A DNA stretch of 64,000 nucleotides from the NCBI GenBank assembly GCA_963668675.2, contig CAXXMB010000001.1, forward strand, positions 1,312,001-1,376,000, in the 5' to 3' direction. Under the pieces are notes generated by a model, which saw only the letters and a list, made by a program, of their open reading frames with translations, was not told where the DNA came from and did no database searches. Shown in pieces: positions 49,716 to 58,192 of this stretch; the first letter of the stretch is position 1, and each line of letters starts with the position of its first letter. This stretch comes from an uncultured Desulfatitalea sp. GTDB taxonomy: Bacteria > Desulfobacterota > Desulfobacteria > Desulfobacterales > Desulfosarcinaceae. A program made the position numbers and the translations under genes.

Positions 49716-51239
49716 ATGATAAAATATTTAACTCTGAAAAATCATAAAGCCCTTCAGAGGGTAAGTTTAGAAAATCTTGGTCATATTAATATTATATGCG
49801 GGAAAAACAATAGTGGTAAAACCACGTTGTTGGAAGCAATGTGTAATGATAAGAAGATCGGGGTAGGAAAAGAAGTGGCCGGTTCATCCGATTGGCTTTT
49901 GAGCCTTTTTGAGCCTATAGCGAATAATTATACAAGGCCTGCTCCAAGAGTTTCAATGGAATGGTTTCGAGAGTTCATAAGCAATGAAATAGCGCACGGC
50001 AAAGTTTGGTTTTCTGATGAAAGGGAAGAATTAAATCAACAAATTAGAGAATCTATAGGCCAACATAATGCTCTTCGTGGTTTCGGTCCTGATACTTTTA
50101 ATTTTAACAATATTATCAATACGTTTTTTCAAAATAGCATTGAATATTTTAATCCGATATTGATTCCTCCAAAAAGAAAATTGGAATTTAAAACTGATAT
50201 CAGTCTAAATCAAGATGTGACGCCTGCGGGCCAGGGGTTGCTTAACAAGCTTTTTTTTCTAAAAAATCAAGATTTGGAATCTGCATCATACAAAACATAT
50301 AAAAAAATATATGAAACTTTCGAAACTATAACAAATTCAAAATTCAACGTTGTCCCAAACACAGACAACATGATTGAGCTATTTTATAAAGCAGAAAATA
50401 GTTGGATTAATGCGGAGGCATGCGGATTAGGCTTAACAGATGTGTTGATCATTGTTACAGTTCTTAATGTTTTCGATAACAAGGTTGTACTAATAGAAGA
50501 ACCTGAAAATCATTTGCATGCCGATTTTCAAAAGCGCTTGTTATCTTATCTTACCACTATTAAATCTAAACAGTTTTTTGTCAGCACTCATTCGTCAGTG
50601 TTCTTAAATACTGATATAATAAATAAAATATTTTACTGCCAAAATAATACAGAAATTGCAATTACAGATCAAACAACCAAATCTCAAATAATCAATGCAC
50701 TTGGTTATTCTATTACAGAAAATTTAGTCGCAGACATAATAATTTTACTTGAAGGGCCAACAGATATTCCTGTTGTTAAAGAAATGCTGAAATGGGTTGG
50801 CATCGGTAGTCATCATAATATTAAATACTGGCCTTTAGGTGGTGATATTATGTCTTCACTTGATTTATCAGTATTTGCAGAAAGAAATAATATTTTTGCT
50901 CTTATTGATTCGGATCCAGGCAGTAGATCACAAAGAACAAAATTTTTAAGAAATTGTAAAGAACATCAAATATATTGCATGAAACTCAAAAGGTACTCTA
51001 TTGAAAACTATTTCAATTTGGAAGCATTAAGAAAAATATTCCCAGAACAAATCCCCAAAAGGGTTAAAGAAATATTACCATTAGAGTCAGTTGATGTACA
51101 AATAGGTTTTAAAAGCAAAAATAAATCTATCAAGTCCAAGAATTACCAAATTGTAAGGGAAATGGAGTTAGAAAATATAAAAGGTACAGATCTTGAGAAT
51201 TTTTTAATAGTCATTAAAAAGTACATTGAAAAAACGTAA
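49716..51239 (+). CDS. OLD-family ATP-dependent nuclease (ABC ATPase plus TOPRIM); cassette 1
   Basis: GKNNSGKTT Walker A, LIEEPENHLH Walker B, STHS; TOPRIM LLEGPTD and IDSD, SIENYF. Confidence 0.88.
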   Translation: MIKYLTLKNHKALQRVSLENLGHINIICGKNNSGKTTLLEAMCNDKKIGVGKEVAGSSDWLLSLFEPIANNYTRPAPRVSMEWFREFISNEIAHGKVWFSDEREELNQQIRESIGQHNALRGFGPDTFNFNNIINTFFQNSIEYFNPILIPPKRKLEFKTDISLNQDVTPAGQGLLNKLFFLKNQDLESASYKTYKKIYETFETITNSKFNVVPNTDNMIELFYKAENSWINAEACGLGLTDVLIIVTVLNVFDNKVVLIEEPENHLHADFQKRLLSYLTTIKSKQFFVSTHSSVFLNTDIINKIFYCQNNTEIAITDQTTKSQIINALGYSITENLVADIIILLEGPTDIPVVKEMLKWVGIGSHHNIKYWPLGGDIMSSLDLSVFAERNNIFALIDSDPGSRSQRTKFLRNCKEHQIYCMKLKRYSIENYFNLEALRKIFPEQIPKRVKEILPLESVDVQIGFKSKNKSIKSKNYQIVREMELENIKGTDLENFLIVIKKYIEKT

Positions 51240-51299
51240 TATAACCCTTCGCTGTTGGGGACGGCGAGGACCATGCCGCCCCAAAGCGATACGTTATGA
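51239..51299 (+). other. attC site 1 (61 bp)
   Basis: ATATAAC-CCTT-CGCT(G)TTGGGG(A)CGGC...GCCGCCCCAAAGCG-ATAC-GTTATGA; R'' complements GTTATAT at 49702. Confidence 0.9.
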
Positions 51300-51319
51300 T
51301 TCACTTGGGAGAAAAAATA

Positions 51320-51892
51320 ATGATCTCTCGTTTGAAATTACCGAAATTTGTAACGAAAGAGAACGTAATAATTGCTGCAAAAGCAGTTGCTGTGATATGC
51401 GCATTTTTAGCTTTTGCATTAAGTATGCGGCAAAAGGAGTTTGATAGGTTTAGTCAAGTTAAGCCCTTGTTTGAAATCGTACAATCTAAACATTCAACGG
51501 AATTTGGCCTGGTTAATCATGGAGGTTTGGTCTATTTTGCAGGGTGTGAAAACAGTGGCGCCGGGAAAGCCCTCTTAAGAACACCTCGTCAATATTCTAC
51601 TTTGGCAAGTGATATAGTTACTTTCAATTTTTCTCAGCCTATTAAGGATCAAGAATCTATTGTGCTGTACTATCGGGATATTGATCTAAATACCTACAAA
51701 GTGAAAGTGACAGTTGAAGGCAGCGGTTTTTACATTGATGGTGTGCCTCTGGCATATCGTTCTAATCTCTTTTGTTCAATGTCGAGAAAGTGGATAGATT
51801 GTATTGTTTCAACTTTATTTCCGAAAGATTGGTTTGAAAAAGGTAAAGCTCCAAGTGACGAAAATCTTATTATCAAATTCCAGGAAATTTAG
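51320..51892 (+). CDS. Hypothetical protein with N-terminal TM; cassette 2
   Basis: GGGAGA SD; AVAVICAFLAFALSM TM segment. Confidence 0.8.
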   Translation: MISRLKLPKFVTKENVIIAAKAVAVICAFLAFALSMRQKEFDRFSQVKPLFEIVQSKHSTEFGLVNHGGLVYFAGCENSGAGKALLRTPRQYSTLASDIVTFNFSQPIKDQESIVLYYRDIDLNTYKVKVTVEGSGFYIDGVPLAYRSNLFCSMSRKWIDCIVSTLFPKDWFEKGKAPSDENLIIKFQEI

Positions 51893-51893
51893 A

Positions 51894-51966
51894 TCATAAC
51901 CTTCGCTTTAAGCGGGACTTTTGCTACGCTGCCGCTACGCAAAAGCCCCTTAAGCGTTCGTTGGGT
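51894..51966 (+). other. attC site 2 (73 bp)
   Basis: TCATAAC...CGCTTTAAGCGGGACTTTTGC...GCAAAAGCCCCTTAAGCG..GTTGGGT; R'' complements GTTATGA at 51293. Confidence 0.9.
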
Positions 51967-51979
51967 GTGAAGGATAAAT

Positions 51980-52822
51980 ATGAAAAATATTCCAATGATA
52001 ATCGATGGCCCTAACTATATTAATAGAGTCATTGAACTTGAAATTGATCCGGTTCATATCTCACGCCAATTAAGTCTTGAAGGCCTAAGAGAAGTCGTAA
52101 ATGAGAAGTTGAAACAATATGAGTCGCTATCAGGAAAATCTGAATCTGTTGAATTGATTTGTTCGAAAAAACGACTTGGACCTCAAAAAAACAAATTTTC
52201 GGAAGATGAGCAATCATTGTTGATAGATAGGCTTCGAGCCGAAACTGGAGTATATGTTGATGTGATTGATATCCCTGGTACATCCGAAAAGGGAATCGAT
52301 ATGACCGTTTCTGGAAAAATCGAGGACTATGCCAACGATACAGATGCGATTATTCTTGTATCAGCAGACCGTGACTTTATTCCAACAATAAAAAAACTAA
52401 GACACAAAGTGAAAATATTTTTGATCGCTTTAAATGATAATTATCCTATCGAATTACAAAATGAAGGTTATGCCACAATCTTTTTGCATAAAGATTACCG
52501 TGGGCTATTCAAATATCATTATCCAAGATTTCATATCAATGATTTAACAGAACAAAATTTTGCTGAACTCTTTTCAGAGGCAGACGATAGAGTCCACAAT
52601 CAAGTCAGGGTGACCAATGACGGATATATTCACATTTCTAAAACTGTAGGGGCGGTGGATTTATTTGACACAAAATTCCAATGGGAAACATTTGTGGCGT
52701 ATAATGGATACGTTGGGCCAAAGGCTGGAAGCGATAGCGAATATATAAAAAGCGAGTTGAAACAAATTAAAATCGCTTGGGAGCGTGGTGTAAAAGGATA
52801 CATTGATTATTCTTTTACATGA
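51980..52822 (+). CDS. NYN (PIN-like) domain protein with extra C-terminal domain; cassette 3
   Basis: IIDGPN, EKGIDMTV, ILVSADRDFIP motifs. Confidence 0.85.
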   Translation: MKNIPMIIDGPNYINRVIELEIDPVHISRQLSLEGLREVVNEKLKQYESLSGKSESVELICSKKRLGPQKNKFSEDEQSLLIDRLRAETGVYVDVIDIPGTSEKGIDMTVSGKIEDYANDTDAIILVSADRDFIPTIKKLRHKVKIFLIALNDNYPIELQNEGYATIFLHKDYRGLFKYHYPRFHINDLTEQNFAELFSEADDRVHNQVRVTNDGYIHISKTVGAVDLFDTKFQWETFVAYNGYVGPKAGSDSEYIKSELKQIKIAWERGVKGYIDYSFT

Positions 52823-52839
52823 ATAGTTGATAAGATATC

Positions 52840-52912
52840 ACCCAACCAATGCTTTGAGTTGGACTTTTGCTACTCTGCCGCTCCGCAAAAGCCGCTCAAG
52901 CAGGCGTTCGCC
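52840..52912 (+). other. attC site 3 (73 bp)
   Basis: ACCCAAC...TGCTTTGAGTTGGACTTTTGC...GCAAAAGCCGCTCAAGCA..GTTCGCC; R'' complements GTTGGGT at 51960. Confidence 0.9.
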
Positions 52913-52946
52913 TATACAAGAGATTTAAGCAAAATGAGGGAAAAAT

Positions 52947-54743
52947 ATGACTGATGCAAAAGTCCAGCGTGAACTTTCAATACGAAGTGAATCTGTCCAG
53001 CGTGTATTCAATTTTCATATAAATGATCTTTTTTATGTAAATCGGCGCTACCAACGTAAACTCATTTGGACTGAAGATGAAAAAAGACAATTCATTGACT
53101 CAATTGTGCAAGGATACCCTGTACCTATAATTCTGCTTGCAGAGGCAGAAATTGAAGGGAAAAGGGCGTTTGAGATAATTGACGGAATGCAGAGGTTGAA
53201 TGCCATCACAGCATTTATTGAAGGTGAATTTTCCTTTGATGGCCGTTTTTTTGACCTAAATACAATGGTTGAATCAAAATCGCTACTCGATAATGGAAAA
53301 CTTCATCAAAAAGAACCTGTTCTTGCTCGCGCTATATGTGAATCAGTAGCAAGTTACATTTTGCCACTTTCAGTTTATTCCTTTGATGACGCAAGAAAAG
53401 TCGACGATATTTTTCGTAGAATCAATGCTGGAGGGAAACATCTTTCAAGGCAGGAACTAAGGGCGGCGGGATCTTTGCGCACATTTGCAGATATAGTCAG
53501 AGAACTAAGCGCAGAAATAAGAACTGATGTAAGCCAGAGTACCATCCTCCCCCTTTATATGATGAGAGAGATTAGCATTACGGATAGCACCTTGCCATAT
53601 GGGATACCAGTCAGTTCATTATTTTGGGTTAACAATAGTATAATAACAAAAGAAATGATTAGAGAGTCACGAGATGAAGAAATTGTTTCTGACATAGTTG
53701 CATCTATTGTTCTTGATGAATACCCAGCATCAAGTTCGATTATACTAGACGAATATTATGGGCTCAGAGAGAGTGAAAAAACTGGTGCTGTAGATAATGC
53801 GATGCAAAAAAGACAAATAGACAGAATTAGATTTGAATTTCTACAGGTTTATGATGAAATTCGTACAATTCTCGAAAACTCTTCGAAATCTTTCCAGCAA
53901 TTAATTTTTCGAGATCCAGCCCAAAGGCTTCCACGGTATTTTGAAGTTTTGTTTCTCGCAGTTCATAATCTGATGTTTATTGAAAACAAACTTGTGGCTG
54001 ACTATTCTGGGTTAATAAAAGCTCTTGAGGGTATCGCACAGCATATTAGGATTACAGCGGGTGGCAATTGGAGTTCAAAAAACAAGACTGATAATGTCAA
54101 TGCCGTTAAAGGAATTATATCGCCATATTTTCAACCAGCCGCAATTGATGACCCTGGTTCTCAAAAGTGGGTAACAGAGTTTGAAACTATCCTAATGCAG
54201 TCTCGAACAGAGCAGAATTTATATGATTTCAAACAGGGTTTTTTAAGTTTGGATGGAAACAATTTATTGAACGAAGGTTTAATTAAAAAAATTGTAAAAA
54301 CCTTAACGGCTATGGTTAACAAATCAGCTGTTTCCGTCGGATACGTTTGCGTTGGCATTCCTGACAAAGAAGAGGATGTTTCTAGAATTAAAGCTCTATT
54401 TTCCATCACGCCATTTGTTTTTCGTAACTTCACTATTACTGGTGTTGGGCATGAACCGGCTATTCTTGGGCTTTCAACTGATGAATATTTTAAAAAAATA
54501 ATAGATTCTATAAAATCAGAACCCATACAAGACGAGTACAAGGATACCATTTGCAAGAATGTAAGGCTTATAAAATATTACGATAAAGACATTCTGTTGT
54601 TAAAAATTTTATCTGTTGGCATACCAGCAATATACGATGGTAAATATTACACTCGGCATGGTTCTCATCTTCAAGAAATACCACCGGAAAGCTATCCACA
54701 GTTTTTCGTTGCATATCAGAAATCGGGCGAACAAAAGCATTAA
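52947..54743 (+). CDS. DUF262 (GmrSD N-terminal-like) domain fused to an AlbA_2/Schlafen-like domain; cassette 4
   Basis: YQRKLIW, IIDGMQRL, IFRRINAGG; C-terminal EQNLYDFKQG...KTLTAMVN...GYVCVGIPD. Confidence 0.82.
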   Translation: MTDAKVQRELSIRSESVQRVFNFHINDLFYVNRRYQRKLIWTEDEKRQFIDSIVQGYPVPIILLAEAEIEGKRAFEIIDGMQRLNAITAFIEGEFSFDGRFFDLNTMVESKSLLDNGKLHQKEPVLARAICESVASYILPLSVYSFDDARKVDDIFRRINAGGKHLSRQELRAAGSLRTFADIVRELSAEIRTDVSQSTILPLYMMREISITDSTLPYGIPVSSLFWVNNSIITKEMIRESRDEEIVSDIVASIVLDEYPASSSIILDEYYGLRESEKTGAVDNAMQKRQIDRIRFEFLQVYDEIRTILENSSKSFQQLIFRDPAQRLPRYFEVLFLAVHNLMFIENKLVADYSGLIKALEGIAQHIRITAGGNWSSKNKTDNVNAVKGIISPYFQPAAIDDPGSQKWVTEFETILMQSRTEQNLYDFKQGFLSLDGNNLLNEGLIKKIVKTLTAMVNKSAVSVGYVCVGIPDKEEDVSRIKALFSITPFVFRNFTITGVGHEPAILGLSTDEYFKKIIDSIKSEPIQDEYKDTICKNVRLIKYYDKDILLLKILSVGIPAIYDGKYYTRHGSHLQEIPPESYPQFFVAYQKSGEQKH

Positions 54744-54787
54744 GAGCGACGGCAAAAAGCCGCCGCGCCTTATGCTTGGCGTTGGCA
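54726..54787 (+). other. attC site 4 (62 bp), overlapping the gene end
   Basis: GGCGAAC-AA-AAGCATTAAGAGCGACGGC...GCCGCCGCGCCTTATGCTT-GGC-GTTGGCA; R'' complements GTTCGCC at 52906. Confidence 0.88.
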
Positions 54788-54827
54788 GCTAATGAACATA
54801 AAAGTGCGAATTAACTAAGATATTAAC

Positions 54828-55691
54828 ATGATAAATCGGTATCAAGTAATCGGCATTGGAATAATTGCAGTTGGTAGTCTCACTGTTCTCTATTTTCAAA
54901 AAATTCTTGGGACCATTACCATAGCAATTGGGACTTTTGTACTAACATATGGTGGAGCTATACTGAGCAAAAAGCAGGGAGACATAACACTATCAGAAAT
55001 AGATGAAAGACTTGGCGATTTTGAACAAAAACTTGCTAATGCTCATAATATACTAGCGACGGCGGAAAGAGAAAAGACGATTACCAAAATTAAAAATGAA
55101 TATATTGAATGGGCAAGGAACTTCACCTCTAAAAAACATGAAATAGAACTTGCTCAAAAAAGAAAGGAAATTGCTGAAGAGGAGCATATCTTAAATGAAT
55201 CCAAGAAGGTTCGACCGTACTATAAGTTTTTTATTGATACCCTTTGTAGCTTTTTAGAGGCTCATAATGCCTCACACCCACCAAAAATTATAAAGTTTGA
55301 TACCATTAGAAAATTAGATAGCAAGTTTTTTATATCAGACTCTGAACAATCCAATAGAGCTAATTCACCGTATGAAGCCATAGTGGAGTTCAACAAGGAC
55401 ACCAAATGGAGAATTTTTATTGCAAATCACCCTCACTATGTTCAGTTCGTAGGAGGCCCCCAACTTAATGTTTCTCAAATTCCTCATAATACTGAAGTCA
55501 AAAATATTGATGAGCACAAGTTCATCTTTGGTATTGTATTCAATTCAGATAAGGAACTAATCTTAGTCAAAAGTAATGTGGCGTACCTTACAAAAACGCT
55601 GAAAGAGACGTATTCATTAAAGGACTACGAAACACAAGTAATAAACATTGTTAAGGTGTTGCTGGAGTTTCAATTGTCATTAGTCGAATAG
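54828..55691 (+). CDS. Hypothetical protein with two N-terminal TMs and a coiled coil; cassette 5
   Basis: Two hydrophobic segments followed by a charged helical region. Confidence 0.8.
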   Translation: MINRYQVIGIGIIAVGSLTVLYFQKILGTITIAIGTFVLTYGGAILSKKQGDITLSEIDERLGDFEQKLANAHNILATAEREKTITKIKNEYIEWARNFTSKKHEIELAQKRKEIAEEEHILNESKKVRPYYKFFIDTLCSFLEAHNASHPPKIIKFDTIRKLDSKFFISDSEQSNRANSPYEAIVEFNKDTKWRIFIANHPHYVQFVGGPQLNVSQIPHNTEVKNIDEHKFIFGIVFNSDKELILVKSNVAYLTKTLKETYSLKDYETQVINIVKVLLEFQLSLVE

Positions 55692-55698
55692 AGACATT

Positions 55699-55760
55699 TG
55701 CCAACCAAGGCATTCATTAGATCGTAAAAAGCATGCACCCACTAATGCCCGTCGTTAGCG
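55699..55760 (+). other. attC site 5 (62 bp, degenerate inner stem)
   Basis: TGCCAAC-CAA-GGCATTCATTAG...CACTAATGCC-CGTC-GTTAGCG; R'' complements GTTGGCA at 54781. Confidence 0.75.
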
Positions 55761-55770
55761 GAGAATTCCT

Positions 55771-56145
55771 ATGAGTTTTAAAATAACAATTTCTGAAGAT
55801 GCTAAATATATCATTGGGAAAGTGGATGGACAGTTGACGAGAGAGATGGCTCGGCAATTGGCGAAAGAGTATGTCAAGCTTATTAAATCTAAAGGTATTA
55901 AGCGGATATTGAATGATGTTAGTGATGTACCGAATGAAATGGGCATTTTGAAGGCATATGAGTATGCTTATACGGACGCCCAAAATCTTGGTCTTCCACG
56001 CGATATTCGCGCGGCAATTTTAGCTGATAGAGGTGACGTTTCACATGAATTTCATGAGACTGTAGCTAACAATGCCGGATATTATGTAAAAGTATTCTTT
56101 TCATTCGACGAGGCAGTTGAGTGGCTTTTAAAAGATATTCACTAA
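55771..56145 (+). CDS. STAS/SpoIIAA-like hypothetical protein; cassette 6
   Basis: RILNDV, RAAIL, FHETVANNAGY.VKVFFSFDEAVEWL; GGAG SD right after attC 5. Confidence 0.75.
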   Translation: MSFKITISEDAKYIIGKVDGQLTREMARQLAKEYVKLIKSKGIKRILNDVSDVPNEMGILKAYEYAYTDAQNLGLPRDIRAAILADRGDVSHEFHETVANNAGYYVKVFFSFDEAVEWLLKDIH

Positions 56146-56288
56146 TAATTAGTTACAGTGGACACTATACGCATCTTTAAATCACATTTTTAGCGCGGTT
56201 TTAATACCAAGAGAATTCTTTGATGGGTACTTAAGATATAGAGCTACACAATAATTCCTACCAGCAAAAATTATTACTTGACCATTTT

Positions 56289-56837
56289 TCAAGTCCCGGT
56301 GCGGCGCTCAAGCCCACTCCGGCGCTCGATCTCAGGTTCAATGTGTTTCTGGCGCCGATCTCCCTGCCGGCGATCTCGACGCATCAGGGCCGCAATGGTT
56401 TTTTTCATCTCCGAAAGTTCACTCTCCATGTTATCGAGCCGATTCTGGGTCACGATAGCCTGATGAAACGCACGGATACTAGCTTCTAGAACACCTGCAT
56501 AACCTGTATCAGATCCCAGCACCTTGCTGGTCATCTCTATAAGGGCATCTGTTTTGATTTTTTCGTGAGACTGGTCAGTTTTTATAGCTGCAGTGTCACC
56601 ATAATTGTCTGCAGGCAACTCCAAGATTTCTAAAACCGCCCCTGGGCCGAAATACTCTCCAATAGCTTTTATGTGGAATACATTGACGGGCTTGGGTTTG
56701 TCCCTTTTGAGATCACTGAATGCACTTGGTTTTTTTCCTACTAAATCAGCAAGTTTCTTTTGAACACCATGCGGCTTCATATGCTTTATTATTTTTTGGC
56801 GCATATGATCCATGAATTTTTTTTCGTCTATAGCCAT
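56289..56837 (-). CDS. Prophage repressor (Xre/CI-like HTH) with Arg-rich C-terminus
   Basis: QKKLADLVGKKPSAFSDLKR HTH; divergent from the Cro-like gene; no S24 peptidase motif seen. Confidence 0.75.
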   Translation of the reverse strand: MAIDEKKFMDHMRQKIIKHMKPHGVQKKLADLVGKKPSAFSDLKRDKPKPVNVFHIKAIGEYFGPGAVLEILELPADNYGDTAAIKTDQSHEKIKTDALIEMTSKVLGSDTGYAGVLEASIRAFHQAIVTQNRLDNMESELSEMKKTIAALMRRDRRQGDRRQKHIEPEIERRSGLERRTGT

Positions 56838-56873
56838 TTTTTTCCTTGACTAAAGTTGTCTATAGCGTATCCT
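56826..56873 (+). promoter_or_regulatory. Candidate early (lytic) promoter with two operator-like repeats
   Basis: TTGACT (56846)-16 nt-TATCCT (56868); GTCTATAGC at 56826-56834 and 56858-56866. Confidence 0.5.
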
Positions 56874-57127
56874 CTGTTCCAGAAGCGGCACAAATGGGAC
56901 TTCAGCCGGAGACGGTGCAAAAACAATGCAAATATATTTTCAGTTGATCAGCCTAACTTGTCTGGGAAAGTCGGCAAAACTCGCCTGCTCAACTGAAACC
57001 GCGCCGATTAAGTAGCTGGAGGCCTTTATGTATCAAACTGGGTGGAACCAAATAGAAGCGATCAAGCCAGAATATCGGCTTCATCGGGAAGCAACTCCGT
57101 CCACTATTAATTACACAGGCTAACAAA

Positions 57128-57424
57128 ATGTCACACATGAGACAAGATGAAAAAGTCCTCGCAGCGGTCCGAAGCCTGAAACAGATCGGCTACGACCTGG
57201 TGACCATCCGAAAGACTTTGCCGGCCCTGACCGGGATCACCCATCCCGTTGCGGCCGAGCTGATCGGCGTGTCGCGTCCAGGCGTCACCAAAACCATGAA
57301 CGCCGAACGGTTCCGGCGCGATATGCAGGAAAAGCTTGCCGAGGTATACGGCCTGCCGGTGGACGAGATTTTCGAGGACAAGTACGTGCACGACCGGAGA
57401 AATGGCGCCGCGGGCTGCAACTGA
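57128..57424 (+). CDS. Cro-like HTH protein
   Basis: ITHPVAAELIGVSRPGVTKTMN...KLAEVYGLPVDEIF. Confidence 0.75.
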   Translation: MSHMRQDEKVLAAVRSLKQIGYDLVTIRKTLPALTGITHPVAAELIGVSRPGVTKTMNAERFRRDMQEKLAEVYGLPVDEIFEDKYVHDRRNGAAGCN

Positions 57425-57500
57425 GCTTTTCATGTAGGTAATCTGTTTACCGGGGGTTCAAGGCGCTGAAAAGTTCCGAATTCGGCGCGAAACGAACCCC

Positions 57501-58001
57501 ATGCCAGAAGGGGATGACATGCGGTACCGGTACCAATACCAGAGCCATCAGATCTTTCACATCGCCAGAAAGGCGCTCTCCGATGGCCAGATGCACGAAA
57601 TTTTCGGGCGCACGACCCGATACATGCAGATGTGGGCCGCGGATCCGCGCCACTGCGAGGTGACGCGGCGAAACGTCCTCGACCAGGTGGCGCTGTTTCT
57701 CGACGCCCTGGACGATCACGGCCGCAGGGACGTGGCCCATGCGGCCCTGGACCTTCTGGCCGCGCCTCTTGGCTTTGCGGTGGTGGAAAAGGATAAAACC
57801 ACCGTTTCGGACAAGGGCTGCCCGGATCTGGAGCTGGCGGACCTGGCCGTGGCCATCGGCGAGCTGGGCGCCCGGATCCGCGAAGCGCGAAAGGACGGCC
57901 GCCTGGAAACGACCGAGATTATCCGCATCCGCAAAGCCCATGATGCCGCCAGGCAAGAGCTCGACCAGCTCCTTGACGCCGGCACCCGGAGGCAGCCGTG
58001 A
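57501..58001 (+). CDS. Phage regulatory CII-like protein
   Basis: Position after Cro; WAADP...RNVLD; C-terminal REARKDGRLE..E. Confidence 0.65.
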   Translation: MPEGDDMRYRYQYQSHQIFHIARKALSDGQMHEIFGRTTRYMQMWAADPRHCEVTRRNVLDQVALFLDALDDHGRRDVAHAALDLLAAPLGFAVVEKDKTTVSDKGCPDLELADLAVAIGELGARIREARKDGRLETTEIIRIRKAHDAARQELDQLLDAGTRRQP

Positions 58002-58192
58002 ACACCCCGGTGCTGTGCACGTTGTACCGCCTCGGTATGGGCAAGGCCGGCATACTGGCTGAAAAGTACATGACCGAGGGCGAGCGCCGCGCCCGTATCG
58101 CCCGACTGAGAAGCTATGGCTTGTACGACGTGCTTTGGGTGCCGCCAAGCTCGCTCACGACCTTACTGGAGGCTCACGATGAAAAGGCTTGA
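57998..58192 (+). CDS. Phage hypothetical protein
   Basis: GGAGG SD; GTGA coupling within the early operon. Confidence 0.55.
   Translation: MNTPVLCTLYRLGMGKAGILAEKYMTEGERRARIARLRSYGLYDVLWVPPSSLTTLLEAHDEKA

Larger units (their letters stand above)
49691..56158 (+). mobile_element. Integron-type gene cassette array without integron integrase (CALIN), six cassettes
   Basis: Six co-oriented AT-rich ORFs separated by five attC hairpins; each cassette-start GTTNNNN complements its own R'' box for cassettes 1-5. Confidence 0.9.

Noticed and set aside
51239..55760. Intergenic hairpins as rho-independent terminators or CRISPR repeats
   Set aside because: They have no U-tracts, are separated by whole genes, are not identical, and show attC R''/R' boxes with cassette-specific complementarity.
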